Shown here piece by piece: positions 49,602-59,928 of a DNA stretch of 64,000 nucleotides. The stretch lies in assembly GCF_964204645.1 (NCBI RefSeq), contig NC_134025.1, forward strand, positions 14,508,001-14,572,000. Reading direction: 5' to 3'. Source of the stretch: Tubulanus polymorphus. Its lineage: Eukaryota > Animalia > Nemertea. Below the pieces are notes generated by a model. That model saw nothing but the letters and a program-made list of their open reading frames with translations, did not search any database and was not told the origin of the DNA. Within the stretch, counting starts at the first letter, position 1. Every line of letters starts with the position of its first letter. The translations under genes and the position numbers were made by a program.

Positions 49602-50205
49602 AGATTTATTTATATTTGAACCTCATAATATGTTAGTTACTGGAGTAACCAATTGTGGTAAAACACATTTCATATTAGATTTGTTAGAAACTATTTATAA
49701 GAATCATTTTGATAATATAATATTATTCTGTCCTACTTATGAAATGAATAAAACATATAATAGAGATATAGTTAAGATGAAAAAGTTTATTATATTAGAT
49801 CCTAAAACAGTAAAAGAAAATTTAGATAATTGTATAAAAATAGTAATTGATGCTTATAAAGGATCAAATACATTATTCATTGTAGATGATTGCGCAAATT
49901 TACATGATTCAAAAGTGAGAGAAAGTGAGTTATGTTATTTAGCTTTCTCTGGAAGACATTTTGGGATAACAACCTGGGTTTTAAATCAAAAATATAATTC
50001 AATTGTTAAAGACTTTAGGGAGAATATAAGATTTCTAGTTTTATTCTACAACAAAGATAAAAAATCTATGCAACAATCATTGGAAGAAAATCAAATTATA
50101 CCTACTGAATTATATGATGAATATATGAATAAATTAAAGAATAATAAAGGTTCAAAATTATTACTGAGACTACATTTTCCATATGAATATACATTTATAA
50201 AATAA
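49594..50205 (+). CDS. Packaging ATPase
   Basis: GVTNCGKT, LFIVDDC, SGRHFGITTWVLNQ. Confidence 0.93.
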   Translation: MNKDLFIFEPHNMLVTGVTNCGKTHFILDLLETIYKNHFDNIILFCPTYEMNKTYNRDIVKMKKFIILDPKTVKENLDNCIKIVIDAYKGSNTLFIVDDCANLHDSKVRESELCYLAFSGRHFGITTWVLNQKYNSIVKDFRENIRFLVLFYNKDKKSMQQSLEENQIIPTELYDEYMNKLKNNKGSKLLLRLHFPYEYTFIK

Positions 50206-50214
50206 CTATTTATA

Positions 50215-50555
50215 TATCTATGTATTAGATACCCTATTAGATACCCTAATACCTGATACCCTATTAGATACCTTAAATACTTAAAACCCCCTTTTTTAAA
50301 ATAAATATTATTTATACAATTTTCAACCAATTTATTTTTATTTTTTCAACTAATATATGAATAAGTTTGAAAATAATAAAGGTTATTTATTATTACTGAG
50401 GTTTCAACATAAATTTAAAAAAGAAATATGATTTAAGGTATTTTCAAATAATATGTATTAGATATGTATTAGATATGTATTAGATACCTTAAATACCTTA
50501 AATACTTAAAAACCCCTTTTTTATTTACTATTATTTTATACAATTTTCAACCAAT
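50215..50555 (+). repeat. Direct-repeat region between convergent gene blocks
   Basis: TATTAGATA micro-repeats and ATACTTAAAA.CCCCTTTT...TATACAATTTTCAACCAAT twice. Confidence 0.75.
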
Positions 50556-50592
50556 ATTATTATTATTATATATGTTAAATATAATTAATATT

Positions 50593-51380
50593 TTAATCAC
50601 TTTCACTATCAGACCCTAACAATTTATTCAAATTCTCTACCGTATCATCGTCAATAGTTGTTTTATTTTTATACTTATTCTTCACCCTTTTTACCGCATC
50701 ATCAATAGTTGTTTCATTGTTATGCTTATTCATCCAATCAAATTTATCATTATTTTCTACTTTATGTTTCATAGAATCTTTATTAGTGTTTGCTCCTAAT
50801 ATTTCATTTACAGTGTTTGATCCTAATATTTCATTAGCATCAGTTAAATCTAATTCATCTTATTAGGTGTTGCTAATAAAAAATCTACATATAATTCTTT
50901 ACCATTTACTTTTGTATTTGAAACAAACTTTGTAACATATCTAAATGGGTGTTCTATAAATTCTTTTAAACCAACACGTTCTATAACATTAGTAATATGT
51001 GAATTTGTATTCATATGTTTATTCCAATTTGATGGAGCGTTTGAATATTCATCTTTACAATAATCACAATAATTTCTATTTTGACTAACATTTAATATTA
51101 TTGCATTATTATATGTAGAAGTTATTACATTATTAGATGTAGTAGGTATTACTGTAGTAGGTATTACTGTAGTAGGTATTACATTATTATCAATTACATT
51201 ACTTAAATTATCAACAACACCACTTTTATTATTATCGATTTCTATTAGTTTAGTTTTATAAATTTTGAAAATAGGATCAAATATCAAAGCTATATTACAA
51301 GGTATTACATAATATAAACCATCATTATTTTCATGTGTATCGATGTATGGAATATGTTTATATACTTTACCACCTTCCAT
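50593..51380 (-). pseudogene. Hypothetical protein with a single C2H2-type finger; acidic tail continues after a frameshift at about 50855
   Basis: YCDYC..WNKHMNTNSH and VIPTT repeats. Open frame DELDLTDANEILG... runs to about 50593. Confidence 0.6.
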
Positions 51381-51412
51381 TTATATAATAAATATTTATT
51401 AAAGTTAAAATT

Positions 51413-52660
51413 TTAATACATAACACTATCTAATTGTGAATTCACAATATTTAATTGCGCGTCAGATATAATATAAATGTGCATTTTAAAATTTTTGATT
51501 CCTTTATTCTTTGTCATGAATAATTGTATTCCATCTTTAGTGTTCTGTAGTTTTTTTCCAGAACCATGTGATGAATTATCCTCTGTTGTTCTAAAATCTA
51601 ACCATAATGCATATTTATTACCGGTATAATAATCAATTTGATTAATATTACAATTTTCAGATGATTTTACTTTTTCATTCATAAAATGTTTTCTAATTTC
51701 TGGCCATTGATCAATCATTCTCATTCCTTGACAAAATATTTTATTTGCTATTCCTTCGATAGTTATTTCTACTTTTGTTATTTCAGGATTATAATAATTA
51801 TCAACATTTATTGCACCATTAGTATATGTTGCAATGGTAAAAAATATTCATATACCTTTAATCGATCTTCTTGAGAAGTTAATATTCTCATTAATTATTT
51901 CATCATTTGCATTAATAGTTACAGTTTTAAATTTATCAATATAATCATATAATAATGAAAATCCTTGATTGTATTGAGTTTGAATTATACTTGAAATATT
52001 TTCATCAGTTACTGTATCATATTCTAAACATATATTCGATAATTTATAACCCATATCTTTATTAACGCTAGATATTACAATTTCATTAACAGGAGCAAAT
52101 GTTATTTCGAATATAACGTCTTCTTGAATTGCGTATTTATATAAAGGCGCATTATTATTTATCAATTCAAAGTCTAATGGAATTTTATATTTGCTTCCAT
52201 ATATACTTTTTATCAATTTATCTACAGCATTAGTTAATATTGCGCTATTGGCTTCTGATCTTAATTTATTTTGGTTTTCTGATTGGATGCCTTGAAATAT
52301 CATATTATTTCTATTTTCTTTAGTTAACCATAAATCTTTATAATGCATAAATAAATTATAATCATCTAATGAGAAAACTGTTTCTGGACCAATCTTTATA
52401 GTTAATTTTTTAATCAAATATCTTCCAACATTATCAACAACATAATTATTATTATTACCGATTACTTTTATATTAGCTGATAAATAAATACTATTTGGAA
52501 CGTAAAAAGTATTTTGTGTTAATCGAGGAATTCTAACGTATAAAGTTTCATCGGGATTAATATTAGAAGGGTTATGAGTAATTATATGATGTGATCTTTC
52601 TGCTTTAATAGCATTAGATATTCTAGAAATCTTAGAAGGACTTATATAACTCCCACTCAT
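51413..52660 (-). pseudogene. Major capsid protein, frameshifted (51413-51724 plus 51848-52660)
   Basis: ITHNPSNINPDETLYVRIP, YKLSNICLEYD, YALWLDFRT..HGSG, YIISDAQLNI. Confidence 0.85.
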
Positions 52661-52710
52661 TTATTTAACAAAAAAATTATTTATTTATTTTTTATCATGG
52701 TTATTTTTTA

Positions 52711-54180
52711 TTATTTTTTCTTGATATTTTTGGATATCATATTTACTAATCCAAAAATGATAGCACTTACAACTGTAATTAAAAATAAAATAATATGTTC
52801 AGCAGCAAAGTTAAGAATATTCCCAGCAGATTTCAATATAAAACCAACAATTGATGCAATAATTCCTGGTAATGCTGCAGCAGATTTCTTTGATAGTTCC
52901 CATAAATATTTTGCTAATTTCTTTAAACCATCTTTAACTTTATTTTGTATAGAATTATTATCATTCGGGGGTTTATCCGGTTTATTGGGAGTAGGAGTAG
53001 ATTTTAAAGCATTTGATATAGCTAAACCAATTGTTGTGAATAACATAGTTACAGCTGTTAGAATTGAAAGAATTGTTATTCCTTCTAATTTAAATAACAA
53101 TTTTATTCTGTCTTTTAATGATATTTTAGAATCTGGTTTTATCAACAAATCTTTAAAAATAACTTTTAATCTATCAATATTATAATCATATGATTTTAAT
53201 AATAATTTAATTTCTTCTTTTTGTAATTCTATGTTATATTCTAAATCATCTTTTTCTTTTTCTAAACGTAATTCTTTTTTTGCCTATATTCTATTTCATC
53301 AATTACTTGATGATCTAAATCAGACTTTAATTGTTCTATTTCTTTATTTTTATCAGTTAATTCTTTTCTAAAGTTCTAATTTTAAAATCTCTTATACTTT
53401 TATCATGCGCAATTTTATCAGATGCAAGTCTTATACTAAAAATTTCTCTAATTGCTTTATCAGAAAATATATCTAAATATTCTAATTCTTGATCTGTTGC
53501 ATCAAGTAATCCATTTGGTAAAAGTTTTTCAATTGGAACTTTATTTGATTTAAGTTTACTAGTTTTGGAAGTTATATTCTGTTCAGAAGTTGTTTCTGTT
53601 TCTAAATTATTATCGATTGTTTCAAATAATTCATTAATTCTTTGTTTAAATACTCTTTCATTTTTAATAATTTCTTCTTGTGTTACATCTTCTATTTCAT
53701 TTATATTTCTTATTCTTTTAATTCTAGATAGGTCTAACCTAAACAAAGTTGATTCTGCTAATATTTTGTTTTTTTTTAATAAGAGATATCAATATAATAA
53801 TCATCTTTCAAATGATAATAATATTCACCATCTAATGATTTTAATTCTCTTACTAAATATCTGGCGCCTCTATCATTTATATTATATCCAGATTCTTTAA
53901 ATACATGTTGAAAATCATACATAAATTCAATATTTTCTAAATTTTGTCTTGATAAACCTGGGTCTAAATTTTCAGGATTTATTCTCGATCTAGTTCTTCT
54001 ATCAAATTCATCTGTTGATGGGGCTTTAGAACCACTATCTGCTAAATTAGAATTATATGTTGTATCATTATCATTATCAATATTAGTATCAGCAGTCATA
54101 TAATCATCATTGTTAGTATTGACATCATCATTATTTCCCATGCCTTCCATTTCATAATCTTCTCCACCTTCTACATCCAT
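52711..54180 (-). pseudogene. Long acidic/coiled-coil protein with C-terminal hydrophobic helices, split by frameshifts
   Basis: Fragments 53776-54180, 53357-53746 and 52711-53148. EGITILSILTA and ALPGIIASIVGFIL..HIILFLI. Confidence 0.7.
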
Positions 54181-54196
54181 TTACATAATAAAAAAA

Positions 54197-55520
54197 TTAA
54201 AATTTAAAATATAATATTCCTCCGATTACAATTCCTATACAAGTTAAAGCTAATTTAGTATTTTCATGGGATTTATTATCATCATTAGTTTTAATTATAT
54301 CATGTTGAATATTATCAGTTTTAATATCACCGTGTGGGTGCCGTACGGCACCATTTTCTGATGTATTATAATCCGGTTTAGAATCATTATGCAATTTAAT
54401 ATTATTAGTTTTAGTTTCAGTTGATTGAATATGTTTTTAATTTTTTTCACCTTCCATTAATTTTGGAGCAGTGATAATCTTTTTATTTATATCATTCAAT
54501 CCAAATGAATTATTTATTGTTGCAGTTTTAATTAGATTATTATAACCAATTATATTTCCCATCTTTAATACTAAATCATTAGAAATAATTAATAGATTAG
54601 GGCCTATACAATAATTTAATCTAATATGTAATTTATCTAAATAATTTTGATATCTTACAATGTTTTCTGGAATCGATCTATTTTTATCATTATGAATAGA
54701 ATCTTCAAATAATACTTTAAATTGTTTCTGCGCATCGAATGAAGTGTTATCATTTCCAACTATTGGTGATCTTGTTTCAACTTGCGCACCTAGAATACAT
54801 ATCAAATAAGTTCTAATAGATTGATTTATTCTTTGTATACCAGCTTTAGTAAAACCTTCACTATTTTCTAAAATGAAATTAACCCAACCATTATTATTAT
54901 CAATTTTATAATTAGTATAAGCTCCAATTCTATGCATATAATCAATTCTTTTTATTTCATACTGTTCACCAATACCTTGCAATTTACCATGCGCTCTAAA
55001 ATCAGAATTAATATTCATATTAAATTCATTACATATTTTATAAAACTTAGATAGATTAATATTATTATCCGATTCTTTAAAATATTTAGACCCGGGTAAA
55101 GGACATTCTAATTCATTTAATATTATTCTGATTTGAAAATATGTGTGAAATCTAAATATTGTGTGAATTAATTTTAAATCAGAATACTTCAAATTTTTAT
55201 CTAAGTTATTTAAATGATCATTCCAACTTATTCCACATCCTGTTGTTGCACAATAAACAGCAAAATCTAATTGGTTCTGCCAATATTTCATATTAGATTT
55301 TACTTTATATATGATATTCATCTCGAGTAAAAGTAACTTCATATGTATTAAATATATTTTCCATTTTAGAAATAAACAACTGTGATTCAGTAACATAAAT
55401 TTCTAAATTAGTTAATGAATTTAAAACTATATTTTTATATGTAATATTTTTCTTAAAATCTATTGCCGGAATATTATATTTAATTGATTTATTATATTGG
55501 AAAGCTTTTGGAAACCCCAT
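54197..55520 (-). pseudogene. Conserved Polinton-B protein with C-terminal TM anchor, frameshifted
   Basis: Fragments 55305-55520, 54437-55396 (WQNQLDFAVYCATTGCGIS; RTYLICILGAQ) and 54197-54394 (LALTCIGIVIGGILYF). Confidence 0.72.
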
Positions 55521-55536
55521 TTATATAACTAAAAAA

Positions 55537-55971
55537 TTAATAATTAACTAATTCTTTTAATAATTTATCTTGTTCTTCAACTGTTATATGACCATTTAAA
55601 CTTATTATATAATCTAGTGTATTCTTTAATTTATTAATTTCTTTTATATTAGTTTTAATTTTTTCTTTATTACTTTTTATATTCAATTTTGAACTTATAC
55701 CGGTTAAAACACTTGAACTTAATCCTAACACACCAATTGATATAGCTAAAGGTGTTAATGGACTGAATATTGCTAGAAATGTTATTACAGAACTAATTGT
55801 AACCGAACCACTTATAATCAAATAATATATAATTTTAGATTTTAAATATTTTTTCTTTTTAACTTTTAAGTCATTTTCAAATTCTAATATTTGTTTTTCT
55901 AAATATATTTTTAATTTATTTTTATCTATATCATGAGGAATAATATCAATATTATCAACTTTATCATCCAT
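55537..55971 (-). CDS. Two-TM hairpin/coiled-coil membrane protein
   Basis: IIYYLIISGSVTISSVITFLAIF / LAISIGVLGLSSSVLTGI. TAAATG start. Confidence 0.75.
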   Translation of the reverse strand: MDDKVDNIDIIPHDIDKNKLKIYLEKQILEFENDLKVKKKKYLKSKIIYYLIISGSVTISSVITFLAIFSPLTPLAISIGVLGLSSSVLTGISSKLNIKSNKEKIKTNIKEINKLKNTLDYIISLNGHITVEEQDKLLKELVNY

Positions 55972-55992
55972 TTATTTAGAAAAAAAAAATTA

Positions 55993-56415
55993 CTAATTAG
56001 TAAACTTATAAGCAACAAATATAACAATAACTGTTCCACCTAAAATCCATATTATTTCATATTTCTTCTGTTCATTACTTGGGGTATAATAATCTGATAA
56101 TTTAGGTTTGTATAGATGTAATTTTTCTTTATTGGTTACCGCGTTATATAAACTCATTGCATCATCAACTGATTGAAAATCTCTATGTGAAATCTTCTGA
56201 TCATATAATTCTTTATTGATGTAATCCATGTAGTTTTGCCTCTTTTCTCTATATTCTTCTGCAGCTTTATTGTATTTCTCTAATGCTAAGTTATGTCTTT
56301 TTTGTTCTGTTAATGAACCATTTTTATCAATATGTTTAAATAAATATCCACCACCAGTAAATGCTAAAGCGTTAACAATTGCTGATCCTATAATAGTTAT
56401 AATTGCAGAAGCCAT
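55993..56415 (-). CDS. Conserved small protein with hydrophobic N- and C-termini
   Basis: GSAIVNALAFTGGGYLF, EQKRHNLALEK, C-terminal TM. Confidence 0.78.
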   Translation of the reverse strand: MASAIITIIGSAIVNALAFTGGGYLFKHIDKNGSLTEQKRHNLALEKYNKAAEEYREKRQNYMDYINKELYDQKISHRDFQSVDDAMSLYNAVTNKEKLHLYKPKLSDYYTPSNEQKKYEIIWILGGTVIVIFVAYKFTN

Positions 56416-56439
56416 TTATTTAGCAAAAAAATTATGCAT

Positions 56440-56661
56440 TTATATGGGAGGAATATATTTTTGTTTTTCCAAATAATCAATAGTTAAATTAGATAAAGTA
56501 ACTGCTAACGTTAATTTTAAAATATCATTTATATCAAATCTATCAACATTAACACTTCCCATTTTAAATACTTTTTTTAATACCATTGTATAACCAACAG
56601 TTCCAACTGATAGTAATGCTCCATTATATAATCCAGTTATTATCCACTTATTATCACTCAT
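56440..56661 (-). CDS. Small hydrophobic protein
   Basis: TAAATG start, two hydrophobic segments, ends YLEKQKYIP. Confidence 0.72.
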   Translation of the reverse strand: MSDNKWIITGLYNGALLSVGTVGYTMVLKKVFKMGSVNVDRFDINDILKLTLAVTLSNLTIDYLEKQKYIPPI

Positions 56662-57000
56662 TTATTTATCAAAAAAATTACTATCATCAAAATATTTAGT
56701 TATCTTATTTATGATTAATTCAACATTTATTTCATTACTACTTTGATGATTATCATATATTTTGGATAATATGTTTTTGATATCTTCAATAATTCCATCT
56801 TCATTTAATTCATAATATTCTAAAGGTGATTTAATTAAATCAATTACTTTTTCTATATTATAATTTTCTTTATCAATCATTGACGCATTGTTAAATGATT
56901 TACTTTTTATATCAGTAATTACATTTAGTTTAATTCTCATTTCTTTACCATGTTTAAAATCAAACCCAAAACATATACTCGGTCCAACAGTTATATTCAT
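56662..57000 (-). CDS. Hypothetical protein
   Basis: TAAATG start; tightly packed in the gene block. Confidence 0.65.
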   Translation of the reverse strand: MNITVGPSICFGFDFKHGKEMRIKLNVITDIKSKSFNNASMIDKENYNIEKVIDLIKSPLEYYELNEDGIIEDIKNILSKIYDNHQSSNEINVELIINKITKYFDDSNFFDK

Positions 57001-57017
57001 TTATATAGTGAAAAAAA

Positions 57018-57776
57018 TTACTCTCTACATCTTATAAATAATTCATAAATTACAGGGAAATTATTTAAATCAATTAAGTATCCATTATGATTTCTTATTT
57101 CTAATCTAAAATTATTAAAACGAGGAATGCATGGTTTGAAATCACATTCTGTTAAATTATAATTTATTTGCGTTCCAAATTCTTTAACATTCTTCAATGG
57201 TAAAATGTTTAGTAAACCAGAATTACAAGTTATATCTTTAGTTGCTTCGAATGTTTTTGTAGGATCGATTAAATTGCAATAAATATAAAAGTGTGTAAAA
57301 GGTATTAAGTTTGGTGTAGCTTCAATATTTGTAAAAGATTTATCTGGAGGAATTCCTAACAGTTTAGCTATAGGTTTTTTTACCATAAATGCATGTTTTT
57401 CACTATTAGACAACCTTATCTTTATTTTGTCAGTACTCTCACTTTTTAAAAATCTAATATTAAACCCGGAATTATTACCTGACTTGTGCCAGGCTTTTCT
57501 ATTAATTTCTTGTGCCAATGTATCTAAATTATATAACCCCGGTTTTAAATATATATAGGCCCATTCATTTTTATTTTTATTAAAAATTAAAAAGGCTCTA
57601 TGTTCAATAGTTTTATTCGATATATTGTAAAAAGAATTACATAAACTTATATTAACTAATTTTAAATCAACACAATTTTTATATTCTCTATCTAATTGTA
57701 CTAGTAAATTATGAGATTTATAATTTGTAAGTCTTCTAGAATCAACAAATATTCTGTATTCTTTTAATTCTACCAT
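57018..57776 (-). CDS. Putative minor capsid protein
   Basis: IFVDSR, NSFYNIS, PGLYNL, FYIYCNLID, IRNHNGYLIDLNNFPV..L.I beta-rich pattern. Confidence 0.75.
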   Translation of the reverse strand: MVELKEYRIFVDSRRLTNYKSHNLLVQLDREYKNCVDLKLVNISLCNSFYNISNKTIEHRAFLIFNKNKNEWAYIYLKPGLYNLDTLAQEINRKAWHKSGNNSGFNIRFLKSESTDKIKIRLSNSEKHAFMVKKPIAKLLGIPPDKSFTNIEATPNLIPFTHFYIYCNLIDPTKTFEATKDITCNSGLLNILPLKNVKEFGTQINYNLTECDFKPCIPRFNNFRLEIRNHNGYLIDLNNFPVIYELFIRCRE

Positions 57777-57793
57777 TTATTTTACATATTTTC

Positions 57794-58147
57794 TTATTCG
57801 AAATCTATTTCATGGTGCCCCTTTTCATTCTTACCTTTGTATACGAAATAGAAATCACCAGAACATAATTCTTCCAAATCTTCACTTGATAATCTATGAA
57901 ATCTATCAGGTAAATATGTTCTGAATTTATATGTATTTCCTTCTAATCCTTCATATTCTAAGTGTATAACTAATTTATCTCCATAGTTATTAGTAACTGT
58001 AACAATATTTCTAATTAGATATTTCTTATGGATTGTTAATTCTGTTAACTTTTTGAATTTATAATCTACAGATTTTACATTTGTTATATCTTTAATTCTA
58101 TCTAGATATAATTTGTTGTTCTCACTGTGTGTTTGTTTACTCTCCAT
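57794..58147 (-). CDS. Small conserved protein (possible OB-fold ssDNA-binding)
   Basis: KKL.EL...Y.I....T.NYG..L...L...YLP.RF pattern. The fold is an inference. Confidence 0.65.
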   Translation of the reverse strand: MESKQTHSENNKLYLDRIKDITNVKSVDYKFKKLTELTIHKKYLIRNIVTVTNNYGDKLVIHLEYEGLEGNTYKFRTYLPDRFHRLSSEDLEELCSGDFYFVYKGKNEKGHHEIDFE

Positions 58148-58176
58148 TTATAATACATATTTTTATTAAAATTTGA

Positions 58177-58957
58177 TTAACACGTTAGAATTCTTTTCAT
58201 TATCTCGTTCTCTTTTGTTTCTTCTCTTTTAAATTTTAAGTATTCATCTAATTTACAACCATAAGCAACTGTATGAATTCCATCATCCAGAATATATCTT
58301 TTATCATCAAATGGGTTTAGACTTATCTTTTCAATTTCTTCAACATATTGTTCATTATTTGGTTCATTGTTCCAAAATTCAATGAATTTCTTTGCTTTAT
58401 CTAATTGATCCAAATATAACTGAAAATCTAGTTTATTAGATTTGATTTGATTTTCTTTCTTTTCAAGAGGTCTTAGATTCTTCCAATTCCAAATTAATTT
58501 CTGATTATGTTCATCATTCATGTTAAATTTAGATATCGGTAACACATGATCAATATGAAAGTATTCACCATAGTTTTTTTCATTCATTTTATCGTTGAAT
58601 TGATATACAATCCATGATTTGAGAAATTCATCTGAACAACCCAATAAATTAGATAGTGTAACTGAATGCGCTTCTTTACTGAATAATTGTGATAGTCTAT
58701 TACCTAGACATTGTTTCATTTTAAAATTAAAATCTGTTTGATATCTTTCTTTATGATATTTGTTTTGATACGCTTTAACACGTTCTGGATTATTTTCCTT
58801 CCATTGCTTAATTTTATCGTTGCGTGCTTCAATATTATCTCTATAATATTGTTGATTATTCTGATGATTATAACAGCTTTTGCAATTATGGCGTAAACCA
58901 TCTTTACCAATCTTACGTTTATGATAATCTGTAAATGGCTTACTTATTTTACATTTG
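58177..58957 (-). pseudogene. 5'-truncated tandem duplicate of the HNH endonuclease gene
   Basis: Near-identical to 59051-59828 with an 874-bp period. Confidence 0.9.
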
Positions 58958-59050
58958 TTATATCTTTAATTCTATCTAGAAATAATTTGTTGTTCTCACT
59001 GTGTGTTTGTTTACTCTCCATTTATAATACATATTTTTATTAAAATTTGA

Positions 59051-59899
59051 TTAACACGTTAGAATTCTTTTCATTATCTCGTTCTCTTTTGTTTCTTCTC
59101 TTTTAAATTTTAAGTATTCATCTAAATTACAACCATAAGCAACTGTATGAATTCCATCATCCAGAATATATCTTTTATCATCAAATGGGTTTAGACTTAT
59201 CTTTTCAATTTCTTCAACATATCGTTCATTATTTGGTTCATTGTTCCAAAATTCAATGAATTTCTTTGCTTTATCTAATTGATCCAAATATAACTGAAAA
59301 TCTAGTTTATTAGATTTGATTTGATTTTCTTTCTTTTCAAGAGGTCTTAGATTCTTCCAATTCCAAATTAATTTCTGATTGTGTTCATCATTCATGTTAA
59401 ATTTAGATATCGGTAACACATGATCAATATGAAAGTATTCACCATAGTTTTTTTCATTCATTTTATCGTTGAATTGATATACAATCCATGATTTGAGAAA
59501 TTCATCTGAACAACCCAATAAATTAGATAGTGTAACTGAATGCGCTTCTTTACTGAATAATTGTGATAATCTATTACCTAGACATTGTTTCATTTTAAAA
59601 TTAAAATCTGTTTGACATCTTTCTTTATGATATTTATTTTGATACGCTTTAACGCGTTCTGGATTATTTTCCTTCCATTGCTTAATTTTATCGATTCGTG
59701 CTTCAATATTATCTCTATAATATTGTTGATTATTCTGATGATAACAGCTTTTGCAATTATGGCGTAAACCATCTTTACCAATCTTACGTTTATAATAATC
59801 TGTAAATGGCTTACTTATTTTACATTTGCAACATGTTTTATGATATATATTTATAACACTATTTGTAATATTGATAGTTTGTGATTGTTCCGGCTCCAT
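59051..59899 (-). CDS. NCLDV-type HNH endonuclease fused to a copy of the pPolB C-terminus
   Basis: CCKC..KDGL...CKSC, LLGCS..FL, NYGEYFHIDHVLP, NW.NLRPL...EN..KSNK. Last about 53 aa match the pPolB end. Confidence 0.88.
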   Translation of the reverse strand: MEPEQSQTINITNSVINIYHKTCCKCKISKPFTDYYKRKIGKDGLRHNCKSCYHQNNQQYYRDNIEARIDKIKQWKENNPERVKAYQNKYHKERCQTDFNFKMKQCLGNRLSQLFSKEAHSVTLSNLLGCSDEFLKSWIVYQFNDKMNEKNYGEYFHIDHVLPISKFNMNDEHNQKLIWNWKNLRPLEKKENQIKSNKLDFQLYLDQLDKAKKFIEFWNNEPNNERYVEEIEKISLNPFDDKRYILDDGIHTVAYGCNLDEYLKFKREETKENEIMKRILTC

Positions 59900-59928
59900 T
59901 TATAATATATATTTTCATTAAAACTGAA

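Noticed and set aside
52697-53900. Plus-strand ORFs 52697-53185 and 53565-53900, and similar antisense ORFs (7480, 33867, 24107)
   Set aside because: Shadow frames opposite better-supported genes.
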